Shown here: positions 11,605 through 22,415 of the stretch, one piece after another
Layout of the letters: every line of letters starts with the position of its first letter
How positions within the stretch are numbered: the stretch's first letter is position 1
DNA from: an uncultured Hormoscilla sp.
GTDB lineage: Bacteria; Cyanobacteriota; Cyanobacteriia; Cyanobacteriales; Desertifilaceae
Assembly (NCBI GenBank): GCA_963921275.4
Contig: OZ001293.3
Coordinates: forward strand, 2,560,001 to 2,624,000
DNA: 64,000 nt
Direction: 5' to 3'
Program-made: the position numbers and the translations under genes
The notes under the pieces: model-generated
What the model saw: the letters and a program-made list of their open reading frames with translations, nothing else
Told to the model about the DNA's origin: nothing
Databases searched by the model: none

Positions 11605-12146
11605 TTTCCCCAAGAATGGGCAACGACTCAGAATAATCTGGGGAATGCTTACAGTGACCGGATAGCAGGAGAGCGCAGCGAGAATCTAGAAAGGGCGATC
11701 GCCTGTTACCATGATGCCCTGAAAGTCTACACCCCCACAGCCTTTCCCGTCGATTGGGCAACGACTCAGAATAATCTGGGGAATGCTTACAGTGACCGGA
11801 TAGCAGGAGAGCGCAGCGAGAATATAGAAAGGGCGATCGCCTGTTACCATGGTGCCCTGAAAGTCTACACCCCCACAGCCTTTCCCGTCGATTGGGCTAT
11901 GACTCAGAATAATCTGGGTACTGCTTACAAAGACCGGATAGCAGGAGAGCGCTCCGAGAATATAGAAAGGGCGATCGCCTGTTACCATGATGCCCTGAAA
12001 GTCTACACCCCCACAGCCTTTCCCGTCGATTGGGCTATGACTCAGAATAATCTGGGTACTGCTTACAAAGACCGGATAGCAGGAGAGCGCTCCGAGAATA
12101 TAGAAAGGGCGATCGCCTGTTACCATGATGCCCTGAAAGTCTACAC
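11605..12146 (+). repeat. 120-bp tandem coding repeats (TPR units, ~4.5 copies)
   Basis: gactcagaataatctggg...gaaagggcgatcgcctgttaccat recurs with a 120-nt period. Confidence 0.95.
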
Positions 12147-12547
12147 TGCAACAACTATTTCGCTAGAATGCTTCCAAACTGGACGCAACTTAGGCAACAC
12201 AGCTTTTACAGCGGGGTTGTGGGAAACAGCGATCGAAGGATACGCCCTTGCCATCGAAGCCGTAGAAAAGAGTCGTGCTTGGGCGACCACAGAAGAACGC
12301 CGCCAGGAAATCTTAGAACAATCGATCGGGGTTTTCGAAAACATGGTACAGTCCTGCGTCAATACCGGGCAGCTTGACAAAGCCTTAGAATATGTCGAAC
12401 GTTCCTGTTCCAAACGCCTCGCCGACCTCATCGCCCACAACGACCTGTATGCTAAAGGAGAGATTCCCCCAGAAATCCAGCAGATTATCGGCAAGATTAA
12501 CCACCTGCAACAACAAATAGACGGAATGCGGTCTGAGGAAACTCCTC

Positions 12548-13409
12548 GGCGTTGCACATTTTCGGGATGATGGGTTAATGCAGATTATGATAATCTGCAA
12601 TTTTACAGGAAGAATTTATGATTGATATGATTAATTTTTTCTCAGTAGTCATAATTAGTGTTATCATGGAGCGTAAGGGTAACTAATTAGCTAAAGGAGT
12701 TGAACATGAAATGTCCCCGATGTGGTTCTGAAAAAATCAATAAAAATGGTCACCGACGCAGCAAACATAATTTAATTTGTAAGGCTTGTCGCCGTCAGTT
12801 TCTCGAACATTATTATCCGCGCCGTTCCATAGGAAGATGTCAAGAAAAATTGTTTAAAGATGTACGTTAATGGCAAGGGATTTCGAGGTATTGAAAGGAG
12901 CGTCAACCATAATACTCAAATTAATTGGGTAAAACAAGCAGCTAAAGAATTACCGTCAATCCCTGAAAACTACGAGATTCCGGAGGTTGTAGAGATTGAC
13001 GAGTTGCATACTTATGTAAATGAAAAAAAGAATAAAAGTGGCTATGGACAGTCGTAAATCATTTTAAGCCAGGGATTATAACATGGGTATTAGGTGATCG
13101 AGAGCGCCGAAACTTTTAAGCCGGGATATTATAAAATGTTGACAATGCTTTTTCTACGTTACTGATGGATGGCCTGTCTATCAAATGTTTATTGAAGATC
13201 TTGACCATATAGTCAGCAAAACCTACATGACCCGTGTTGAAGGTGAAAATTGTCGATTAAGACATTATCTAGCTCGATTAAAAAGAAAAACATTATGTTA
13301 CTCAAAGTCCGAAGAAATGTTAAGGCTTTCAATTAAGTTATTATTGCACTATCTACGTTATAATTCTGTACCTGTTTCTAGTTAAATCATCCCGTAATTG
13401 TGCAACGCC
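12548..13409 (+). mobile_element. IS1-family element, degenerate transposase
   Basis: TIRs ggcgttgcacattttcgggatga / tcatcccgtaattgtgcaacgcc; 8-bp TSD aactcctc; InsA-like MKCPRCGS and InsB-like VEIDELHTYV, SKTYMTRVEGENCRLRHYLARL fragments. Confidence 0.95.
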
Positions 13410-14105
13410 AACTCCTCAAAGGGACAAAGAACTCGTAGGAACTAGCAAGCTAAGGTGCGACAAGGCAGCTTTAACAGCCCTCAATGAAGAGATTGCCGCC
13501 TTAGAAGCCGAGAAACTGCAACAGCGGCAAAAACTCTACAAACTCGACCCCGCCATAGCAGGACTTCACCTCAACTTTACCCAACTGCAAAAACTCATCG
13601 ACCAACCTACCACTGCCATTCTCAGTTTCTACACGACAGACGACCACACCCACATCTTCATCCTGCGCCAAAACCAGATTACCCTCCACACCTGCCCCGG
13701 ACAAAGACTAGAGACATTGCAAATCTGGATCGGCAAGAACTGGTTGCGATCCTATATAAACATCAGTAGAGCTGCAATATTCGCAGCCGCTAAGATTCTG
13801 CGATGCCGACTCCAAGCGGTTAATTCCGTGAATATAGCAGATGACCCAGTAGTCGTAAAACTCAATGATGGTTCCGAACAGTTCATTGCCAAGCCCGAGT
13901 TTGAGGAAATGCGCAAACAAGAAAAAGCCAGACTGCACGCCATATGGATGAAAAAGATGCACCCCATTCTCAGGAAACTTGCCCAGCGCTTGCGCCTCAA
14001 CGACTTAATCGCCCAGCACCTATAAGGAATCAGCGAACTCATCCTCATTCCTCACCTGTTACTGCACCAGATTCCCCTCGCCGCCTTACCCCTCGGCAAA
14101 TCCAT

Positions 14106-14229
14106 GTCATTGCGAGCGGAAGGCACTGGAGCGAAGCAATCCCCTGGTGATGTGGGTGAGATTGCTTCGGGGGGCGCATCAAGTTGCCAAACTTCAGACA
14201 GATCTAAACACGCCCCCCTCGCAATGACA
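14106..14229. repeat. REP-like palindromic insertion within the CHAT pseudogene
   Basis: tgtcattgcgag...gaagcaatc...gattgcttc...ctcgcaatgaca. Confidence 0.75.
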
Positions 14230-14312
14230 GACAATCGAGTTCAATACCTCGGCGATAAATTCCTTATCCGCACCCTTGCCAGTTGCCAAATCCTCGACTT
14301 TTGCCACCAAAC

Positions 14313-15122
14313 CCCAGCTCTTGATGGTAACCTGACAATGGGCACCGTAGAAGATACTAAAGACAACCTCCCCTTCAGCAACTGGGAAGCGCAAACCGTA
14401 GCGGAACAGTACAACATCCCAGACAGGCTGCGACTCAAAAAGGAAAAAGCCAAGGTCAGCGAATACCAGAAGCTATTGCAGCAGGTTAACAGTCTCCTAT
14501 CTACCCACTACGCCCAATCTCGCCTCGATAATCCCCTGGAATCAGCGAAAGATGCGCTACGCGCTTCTTTCGCAGCCCGTCGTTCCTGTCAACTGGCGGT
14601 ATAAGTGGTTATGGCTTTATGGTGCAAGTCCATCCCCAGTCTGGGGAAACATATTGGTGGATCCTCCCTTATGTGCGGATTGACTTGTTTAATAGAGTCC
14701 TGGCCGACTTCGCTCAACCCAGCTCTTGATGGTAACCTGACAATGGGCATTGTAGAAGATACCAAGGACAACCTCCTTTTCAGCAACTGGGAAGCGCAAA
14801 CCGTAGCGGAACTGTACAACATCCCAGACAGGCTGCGACTCAAAAAGGAAATAGCCAAGGTCAGCGAATATCAGAAGCTTTTGCAGCAGGTTAACAGTCT
14901 CCTATCTACCCACCACGCCCAATCTCGCCTCGATAATCCCCTGGAATCAGCGAAAGGTGCGCGTAGCGCTTCTTTCGCAGCCCGTCGTTCCTGTCAACTG
15001 GCGGTATAAGTGGTTATGGCTTTATGGTGCAAGTCCATCCCCAGTCTGGAGAAACATTTTGGTGGATCCTCCCTTATGTGCGGATTGACTTGTTTAATAG
15101 AGTCCTGGCCGACTTCGCTCAA
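14313..15122 (+). repeat. 405-bp tandem duplication covering CHAT fragment plus IS630 fragment
   Basis: 14313-14717 is nearly identical to 14718-15122. Confidence 0.92.
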
Positions 15123-15350
15123 CCTAAAGGTATTGGCAAACAAAAACGGGTAATTCTGGTATGGGATCAGGCTGGATGGCATACTAGCTCTCAAGTAGAA
15201 ATCCCAGAGGGCATGCACATCATGTTCGTGCTCTCTCACTGTCGGGAAATGCAGCCAGCCGAACGCTTATGGCTCCTGACTAATGAAGTGATCGCCAATC
15301 GGTGTTTTGAAACACTAGGACAATTGGAGGAGTTGTTATTTCAGCGTTGC
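14575..15350 (+). mobile_element. IS630-family transposase remnant (partly duplicated)
   Basis: WRYKWLWLYG, VHPQSGETFWWILP, ILVWDQAGWH and EMQPAERLW motifs. Confidence 0.85.
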
Positions 15351-15532
15351 CATTCTCTTCTACTCTCTACTCCCTACTCCCTAACCGAGAAGTATTGGGG
15401 GCAGGGCATCAGTTAATTTATTCTTTTACCTGATGGTTGACTGAGGCTGTGCCCCTACCGGTACCCGATGGTTGACAAATGCTGTGCTCCCAAGGTGAAG
15501 GCCGCACGCTGTAGACCTTAATTCTGAGAGAA

Positions 15533-15742
15533 TTAATTTTTTTCTGTTTCGTCAATTATCCGCTTGAACAATTCAAGTTGTTGTTGTTCTTCTTCTCTAG
15601 TCTGGGGCGGATGGAACCATATGGCTTCTGAGTCAGGAGTACGACGACTATAGAGAATTCGCAAAGGTTCAACCTCCTCCCGATGCGCAAGTGCATAGGC
15701 GATCAGTTCTTTATTCGTCATTACTTCAAAATTATGTTGCAT
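15533..15742 (-). CDS. small cyanobacterial protein (DUF6887-like)
   Basis: NFEVMTNKELIAYALAHREE; overlaps its upstream partner. Confidence 0.7.
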   Translation of the reverse strand: MQHNFEVMTNKELIAYALAHREEVEPLRILYSRRTPDSEAIWFHPPQTREEEQQQLELFKRIIDETEKN

Positions 15743-15915
15743 TTAAAAACCTCCACAGTCCGTTAGGTGGTACGATGATTTGCAAGTCTTCCTCTGCTAA
15801 AATGAAGACAATTCCCGTTTGATCGTCAAAACGGAATAGCTGGATGTCCCGGTAACAATTGGACAACATCTGACAGACTCGCATACATGCTATGGCTTGT
15901 TCTGCTGTTGGGTAA
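15732..15915 (-). pseudogene. small partner protein (DUF6888-like) without a standard start codon
   Basis: Manual translation PTAEQAIACMRVCQMLSNCYRDIQLFRFDDQTGIVFILAEEDLQIIVPPNGLWRF; AGGAG upstream but no in-frame ATG/GTG/TTG at the expected start. Confidence 0.6.
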
Positions 15916-16232
15916 GTGGTCGGATCTCCTTAATTATGACACAGATACTATAATACTATCGCTATTCGAGCATTGCAGGCATAGTTTTTAGGAACGAGGG
16001 AAAAAATATTACTTCGAGATTTATCACCAATACATTGCCTGATCGTTTGTCTGATATCATGTCCATGATCCTTGGCATTCTCACATAGCTCCAGCAACGG
16101 GCGATCGCGTGCCGGTGCATTCCGGGGTAGGGCATGAAAAGTAGGGAGTGGGGAGTTCCGAGTGGGGAGTGAAAAACCCCAACGCCATTCTCCTCTACTC
16201 TCTACTCCCCACTCCCTAACCGAGAAGTATTG

Positions 16233-16840
16233 GGGTTTCTTTGACTATCTCGGTGGAGATGCGAAAATCACCTCCCAGAAACCCGGTTTCTGGTCTGCTC
16301 GCGATCGGGGAGCGTTCCGATGGGAGCTGAGAAACCGGGTTTCTTTGACTATCTCAGTGGGAATGCGAAAATCATCGTAGAAACCCGGTTTTTGGCCCGC
16401 TCGCGTCCGCGCTGCGTGCGCGCAGCGCATTCGTGTTCTGATGGGAGCTGAGAAACCGGGTTTCTTTGACCATCTTGGTGGGGATACGAAAATCATCGCA
16501 GAAACCGGGTTTCTGGTCTTGCCGCGATCGTGTTCCGGTGCCAGTTGAGAAACCGGGTTTCTTTGACTATCTCGGTAGGGATGCAAAAATCACCTCCCAG
16601 AAACCCGGTTTCTGGTCTGCTCGCGATCGGGGGGCGTTCCGGTGGGACTTGAGAAACCGGGTTTCTTTGAATATCTCGGTGGGAATGCGAAAATCACCTC
16701 CCAGAAACCGGGTTTCTGGTCTGACCGCGATCGGGGGGCGATCCGATGCCAGCTGAGAAACCGGGTTTCTTTGAATATCTCGGTGGGGATACGAAAATCA
16801 CCTCCCAGAAACCCGGTTTCTGACCTGCTCGCGATCGCCC
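16233..16840. repeat. tandem array of ~100-bp units (~6), each with two GAAACC(C/G)GGTTTC palindromes
   Basis: About 12 palindromes alternate with two classes of similar (non-unique) spacers; most units contain CGCGATCG. Confidence 0.92.
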
Positions 16841-17050
16841 ATCGCATGGGACTATCCAAAGGCGCAGTTCCTGACGGTTCGGAGTATACCTGACATGTCA
16901 AGGAGCTAGGGGGTTGACAATCAAAAATCAATCAGCTACTCTAAATAGAGTGCGATCGCGATCGTCGTCAGCATATCCACCAGATCGAATTTAGACTCTA
17001 TGAGTATCAATGTAGCGGGTGCATCTGGTGAGAAGCAAAAATATTAATGT

Positions 17051-17153
17051 CGTAGGTTGGGTCTCCGCACGAAACCCAACCCGCGAGATGTTGTTAGCGT
17101 AGCGAAGCGTGTGTCGCGCTTGTTGGGTTTCAAGAGCGTCAACCCAACCTACG
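17051..17153. repeat. REP-like element (gtaggttgggt...acccaacctac); relatives at ~26562-26597 and ~51767-51841
   Basis: Terminal inverted GTAG-type palindromes. Confidence 0.8.
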
Positions 17154-17543
17154 AATGAACAACGCTTTCTTTAGAAGATGAAGAAAAAGCTCAGGAATTT
17201 TTGAGAGGCATTATTCAACTTATTGAATTCTCCGAACCTTACGATCGCGCAGCGTGCGCGCAGCGCATTCTTGATTAGTGCTGCATGTTACAAGTGAAAT
17301 TTCACCTCTTTCACCTATTCCGGGTTCTGCGCTTCCAGCTAGCTTCGCCAAGAGACCGGTTATCAGGGGCGATCGCCCGGCGAAAAAACACTTGACAAGT
17401 ATGAGATATTTGTGCTATAGAGTATGGGAGGAGATGATGGCGCGGGTTGGATTGAAATAAATGTATTATATTTGTGGTATGATTGCCCCAAAGCAAGTAA
17501 AATAGACTCAATTGCAAGACCAGGTAACTGGGGAGGTACGCCT

Positions 17544-19268
17544 ATCGAAACTATCTACGGAAATCTTCAGGGTCTCAAACCAAGTCAACTGAAGCAGTTA
17601 CAACGACTTTATCATCAGCGCCTTCCGGGCGATCGCCTGACAACGGCAGAATTTGCCCAGCGACTGGCGGCGATCGGCACGGAAATCAACCAACCCCTCT
17701 GTAGCTACATTAATCGCCGGGGACAGGTAATTCGTGTCGGGGTGGGGACTCCCCGCCAAACCCAAATACCGCCTTTGGAGTTACCTCGCTACGGTGCGGA
17801 ACGACTCTGCGGTATTCGCTGCATTGCTACCCAGTTGAAGTCTCACCCTCCGAGTGAAGATACTTTGACAGCAATGGCCATCCAGCGTTTAGATGCATTG
17901 GTCGTTCTCACTCTCACGGGGGGTGGGTTTACTCGCCGAGGTGGTGGGGCGACGGGTTACGTAAAAGAAGCATATTTAGCCCATCTCGTCCCCTATCCCG
18001 TCCGCGTAGCGTGCGCGCAGCGCATAGCAACCTGGACTCTTTCCCCTGTCCTGAGTCTGGACGAACTGGGCGATCGGGATTTTCTGGACTTAGTGTCCGG
18101 ACTGGAAGAGGAGTTCCGCCGGGAATATGTGGCCCAAAAGGGGCGACTCGTGGACCGCGATCGGGTGCTGCTAGTGGGTCTGAGGACGGATGATATCGGG
18201 TCCAGTCGGTTTGAAAATGGTTTAGCAGAATTGACGCGGTTGGTGGAAACTGCTGGTGGCGATGTGTTGGAGGTGATGCGCCAAAGGCGATCGCGCCCCC
18301 ATCCCCAAACCGTAGTCGGTGCAGGGAAGGTGCAAGAAATAGCCTTAACAGTGCAAACAATAGGGGCGAATTTAGTGGCCTTTGACCGAGACCTCTCCCC
18401 GGCCCAAGTCCGGAACCTGGAAGTGCAGACAGGGGTGCGAGTGGTAGACCGAACAGAGGTAATTTTGGATATTTTTGCCCAACGGGCTCAATCTCGGGCT
18501 GGTAAATTACAGGTGGAACTTGCCCAACTGGAGTATACCCTACCCCGTTTGACAGGACGCGGTCAAGCTATGTCCCGACTGGGGGGCGGTATCGGGACTA
18601 GGGGTCCGGGAGAAACTAAGTTGGAAACGGAACGCCGCGCGATCGGGCGGCGCATTTCCCGACTGCAACAGGAAGTTAATCAACTGCAAGCACATCGATC
18701 GCGACTGCGGAGTCAGCGACAGCATCGGGAAGTTCCCAGTATAGCAGTGGTGGGCTATACAAATGCGGGCAAGTCTACCCTGCTGAATACATTAACTAAT
18801 GCGGAAGTTTACACCGCAGACCAGCTATTTGCGACCCTGGACCCCACTACCCGACGGTTGGTAGTGAACGATGGGGAAACGGGGGAGGCGCGGACAATTT
18901 TGCTGACAGATACGGTAGGGTTTATTCACGAACTGCCACCACCATTGATCGATGCTTTTCGTGCCACCTTGGAGGAAGTAACGGAAGCTGACGCCTTGCT
19001 GCATCTGGTGGATCTCTCCCATCCCGCTTGGCAGAGTCACATCCGATCGGTGATGAGTCTGCTATCGGAAATGCCAGTCACTCCCGGACCAGCATTGGTA
19101 GTATTTAATAAGATTGACGAGGTAGATGGAGATACGCTGGCATTGGCCCAAGAGGAGTTTCCCCAAGCGCTATTTATTTCCGCTAGTCAGCGCTTGGGAC
19201 TGAAAACCCTCCGTCAGAAACTCGCCCAGCTAGTTCAATATGCTGTTGCTTCTATACCCCCACCCTAA
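17544..19268 (+). CDS. hflX: GTPase HflX, long cyanobacterial form; probable ATC start
   Basis: VILDIFAQRA, GGGIGTRGPGETKLE, GYTNAGKSTL, LFATLDPT, DTVGF; GGAGG lies 7 nt before ATC GAA ACT ATC. Confidence 0.95.
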   Translation: METIYGNLQGLKPSQLKQLQRLYHQRLPGDRLTTAEFAQRLAAIGTEINQPLCSYINRRGQVIRVGVGTPRQTQIPPLELPRYGAERLCGIRCIATQLKSHPPSEDTLTAMAIQRLDALVVLTLTGGGFTRRGGGATGYVKEAYLAHLVPYPVRVACAQRIATWTLSPVLSLDELGDRDFLDLVSGLEEEFRREYVAQKGRLVDRDRVLLVGLRTDDIGSSRFENGLAELTRLVETAGGDVLEVMRQRRSRPHPQTVVGAGKVQEIALTVQTIGANLVAFDRDLSPAQVRNLEVQTGVRVVDRTEVILDIFAQRAQSRAGKLQVELAQLEYTLPRLTGRGQAMSRLGGGIGTRGPGETKLETERRAIGRRISRLQQEVNQLQAHRSRLRSQRQHREVPSIAVVGYTNAGKSTLLNTLTNAEVYTADQLFATLDPTTRRLVVNDGETGEARTILLTDTVGFIHELPPPLIDAFRATLEEVTEADALLHLVDLSHPAWQSHIRSVMSLLSEMPVTPGPALVVFNKIDEVDGDTLALAQEEFPQALFISASQRLGLKTLRQKLAQLVQYAVASIPPP

Positions 19269-19345
19269 AGGGTGGAGCTACAGGAACAAAGTCCGCCAGC
19301 GCGGGCTTCAGAATATTGGTATAATATCGGAGAGATGCAAAAAAT

Positions 19346-19628
19346 ATGACCAGTATCACTATCAGTAACGTTGATGACAACCTCTTATCCCGCTTACAAA
19401 AGCGAGCAGAAGATCGCGGACTTTCCCTGGAAGAAGAGGTCAAAGAAATACTCCGGGCCGCCGTATTAACAGAAAACAACTCTAAACCATTAAATCTTGC
19501 CGTTCGCGCAGCGTGGCGCAGCCATAGCCATTGAGCGACGTTTTGCCCATTTTGGGGATTTTGAAATACCCACGATCGTCAGAGAACTCATGCGCGAACA
19601 TCCTAATTTTGAGGATTTACATGATTAT
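19346..19628 (+). pseudogene. FitA-like ribbon-helix-helix antitoxin, frameshifted by a small repeat insertion at 19501-19528
   Basis: MTSITISNVDD...RGLSLEEEVKEIL; the C-terminal IERRFAHFGDFEIP continues in another frame. Confidence 0.8.
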
Positions 19629-20033
19629 ACTTGACACAAATGTATTATCAGAACTGATGAATTTAACAGGATCTAAAGTTGTTCGTCAATGGGTGGCAGC
19701 ACAAGCAATAATGAATCTTTTTACAACCACCATAACTCAAGTTGAAATTCTCTATGGCATTGCTTTATTACCCTCTGAAAAACGTAAAAATGAACTCAGC
19801 AAAACGGCGGAACGGATGTTTTATCAAGATTTGGCAGGGCGGATTTTATCCTTTGATGAAAAAGCGGTGATCGCTTTTGCTATGATAGCTAGTAAAAGAA
19901 GACGAACAGGTTCCCCTATCTCCCCAGATGATGCTCAAATAGCAAGTATTTGTTATACCCATCAAGCAACGATCGCCACTGGCAATGTTTCTGATGCGGT
20001 ATTTTAATCATTAATCCTTGGGAACCTGACTAA
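19621..20033 (+). pseudogene. VapC/FitB PIN toxin with C-terminal frameshift
   Basis: MIILDTNVLSELM...DAQIASIC; the terminal CGILIINPWEPD is out of frame after ATGNVSD. Confidence 0.8.
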
Positions 20034-20125
20034 CAAGCTTTGTTAACTATTTTATGCTGTGAGGGGCAATTAACCGGATTTGTTATAATAGTATAGAGGC
20101 GATCGCCAGGAGAAAGTAAAAAGCC

Positions 20126-20749
20126 ATGACTCAAGCAATAGCAAAATCTGAACTAATGACCCTAGAGGAATTTCTGGAATGGGTTCCCGATGACGGTCAG
20201 CGCCGTTACGAACTACATAAAGGAGATATTATAGAAATGCAACCCACAGGCCCCCACGAACAAGTAATTGGTTGGTTAGTCGTTAAATTGGGAGTACAAA
20301 TAGAAAGTCGAGAACTTCCCTACTTGCTTGCTACTAGATGCATCATCAAGTCAATTAATTCAGATTATTCGGGATTTAATCCAGATCTGACAATTATCGA
20401 TATAAAAGCTTTAGAAAACGAGCCCCTGTGGAAAAAGCGATCGACCATTACCAAGAGAGAAACTGTCAAGTTAGCCATAGAAGTAGTCAGCACAAATTGG
20501 CAAGATGATTATTTAATGAAGGTTTTTGAATATGAAACAATGGGAATAGGAAAATATTGGATAATTGATTATTTAGGTTTAGGTGGCAAACGATTTATCG
20601 GCAACCCCAAACAGCCTACTTTTTTTGTTTATCAAATGGTAGAGGGTGAATATGAGGTAAAAATGTTTAGAGAGAACGATCGCATTGAATCGACAATATT
20701 TCCAGATTTAAATTTAACTGCCGATCTGGTGTTTGAGGCTGGCCGATAA
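20126..20749 (+). CDS. Uma2 (DUF820) family endonuclease-like protein
   Basis: MTLEEFLEW...YELHKGDIIEM...AIEVVSTNW...YWIID. Confidence 0.9.
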   Translation: MTQAIAKSELMTLEEFLEWVPDDGQRRYELHKGDIIEMQPTGPHEQVIGWLVVKLGVQIESRELPYLLATRCIIKSINSDYSGFNPDLTIIDIKALENEPLWKKRSTITKRETVKLAIEVVSTNWQDDYLMKVFEYETMGIGKYWIIDYLGLGGKRFIGNPKQPTFFVYQMVEGEYEVKMFRENDRIESTIFPDLNLTADLVFEAGR

Positions 20750-20941
20750 AACCGTGGTAGAGGGAGAGAGGGGTGCGGTCGAATCTATGATTTGCAGTCG
20801 ATACACCGAGAAGTAAATTTGTCAAGTGCGATCGCCAGACCGATGTCATGGGTAAAACACCGCCAAAAAAGCTGTAATTGAGGGACTAATAGATATAGAA
20901 TAGAAAGGAAAGCTATGGCTGTGTCCGAGGAGAGTAGTAGA

Positions 20942-21196
20942 ATGTCGAAGATCGAAATATACACGTGGAGCACTTGTCCCTTTTGCATTCGTGCCAAAGG
21001 TTTGCTCAATAAGAAAGGGGTCGAGTACACGGAATACTGCATTGATGGCGATCGGGAGGCCAGGAAGAAAATGGCCGATCGTGCCAATGGACGCACCTCT
21101 TTGCCTCAGATTTTTATCAATGACCAGCATATCGGCGGTTGCGACGATATCTACGAGTTAGAGTTTCAGGGTGAACTCGACCCCCTGCTAAAATAA
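20942..21196 (+). CDS. grxC: glutaredoxin 3
   Basis: CPFC active site, LPQIFIN...IGGCDD; upstream of gshB. Confidence 0.95.
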   Translation: MSKIEIYTWSTCPFCIRAKGLLNKKGVEYTEYCIDGDREARKKMADRANGRTSLPQIFINDQHIGGCDDIYELEFQGELDPLLK

Positions 21197-21273
21197 TCAT
21201 TGGTCAGCTCAATGGTATAGACGCCCCCACTCTCAAGGATGGGGCCTTATGTTCAAAGCCCGCCTGGGGGGGC

Positions 21274-21422
21274 TAATACCATCTTTTAAAAGATATGATA
21301 GACTGACTTGATTAGGCACTCCTGACAAGGAGGCGGGAGCCTCAGAGGACCGTTACCAGGTTCTACCTGGTAACGAGAGAGTCGCCGTTTTTCTCTATCA
21401 TAACTTTAGCAAATTGGTATAA
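21274..21422. mobile_element. ~150-bp MITE; second copy at 49498-49647
   Basis: Imperfect TIRs taatacca...tgataga / tctatca...ttggtataa with an internal ccaggttctacctgg hairpin in both copies. Confidence 0.7.
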
Positions 21423-21446
21423 GATAAAGAGAAGCGTAAGAAAATT

Positions 21447-22415
21447 ATGAAATTTGCCTTTATTATTGACCCTATCTCGCATCTGGATCCAACTCACGAC
21501 ACGAGTGTGGCGATGATGGAAGCTGCACAAATTCTAGGTCATCAGGTCTGGATTACTGAGGCGAATCAACTGCATGTTATTGATGGTAAGGCGTGGGCGC
21601 TTTTGCAGTCGGTGCAGCTAACACCTGTGCAGTTGGCAGAGGGACGCTGGGTGGCCCAGTCCCCTTGGTTTCAGGTGGGCGATCGCACATTACAATGCCT
21701 TGAGGAGATGGACGCGGTGTTCGTGCGCACTGACCCACCTGTGACCATTGCTTATCTCTATGCTACCTATATTCTAGATTACATTGACCCTGCCAAAACC
21801 TTAGTACTTAATTCACCCAAGGGGTTGCGGAATGCTAATGAGAAAATGTATGCTCTCCAGTTTACAGAGGCAATTCCCGAAACGATCGTCAGTGCGGATA
21901 AGCAGGTAATCCGAGATTTTATGGAGCAGAAAGGCCAGGTCGTGCTCAAACCTCTGGGAGGGAAAGCGGGTGAGGGTATTTTATTGCTAGAAGAGGGCGA
22001 TCGCAATTTCAATTCTCTGGTCGAAATCAGCACTCAGCAAGGCATAAATCCGGTAATGGTGCAGACTTTCTTGCCTGCTGCCAAAGATGGAGATAAGCGA
22101 ATTATTCTCCTGAATGGCGAACCTATAGGGGCAGTAAATCGCATTCCGACTGAGGCAGAATTTCGGGGGAATATGGCAGTTGGGGGCCGGGTTGCTAAGG
22201 TAGAAATTACGGAACGAGAGCGAGAAATTTGCGCTCAGTTGGCACCTGTGCTGCAACGGGATGGTTTATATTTTGTTGGCATTGACGTAATTGGTGGCTA
22301 TCTGACAGAGGTGAATGTTACCAGTCCCACGGGCGTGCGGGAAGTTGACCGCTTGGATGGCGTGCAGTTGGGACAAAAGGTGATTGCATGGGCAGTTGAG
22401 AAACAAGGGGGATGA
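21447..22415 (+). CDS. gshB: glutathione synthase
   Basis: FIIDPI...RTDPP...NEKM...FRGNMAVGG...LTEVNVTSPTG. Confidence 0.97.
   Translation: MKFAFIIDPISHLDPTHDTSVAMMEAAQILGHQVWITEANQLHVIDGKAWALLQSVQLTPVQLAEGRWVAQSPWFQVGDRTLQCLEEMDAVFVRTDPPVTIAYLYATYILDYIDPAKTLVLNSPKGLRNANEKMYALQFTEAIPETIVSADKQVIRDFMEQKGQVVLKPLGGKAGEGILLLEEGDRNFNSLVEISTQQGINPVMVQTFLPAAKDGDKRIILLNGEPIGAVNRIPTEAEFRGNMAVGGRVAKVEITEREREICAQLAPVLQRDGLYFVGIDVIGGYLTEVNVTSPTGVREVDRLDGVQLGQKVIAWAVEKQGG

Larger units (their letters stand above)
11060..14543 (+). pseudogene. TPR + CHAT-domain protein, broken by frameshift, IS1 insertion, REP insertion and IS630 remnant
   Basis: 40-aa WA(T/M)TQNNLG..Y repeats; CHAT-like ELILIPHLLLHQIPLAAL and YLGDKFLIRT fragments; the coding sequence resumes after the IS1 TSD. 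Confidence 0.88.

Noticed and set aside
11605..12146. DGR template/variable repeats or CRISPR
   Set aside because: These are in-frame 120-bp TPR coding repeats with no adenine-specific variation and no RT.
16233..16840. CRISPR array
   Set aside because: The sequences between palindromes are similar to one another (two alternating classes), not unique spacers, and there are no cas genes.
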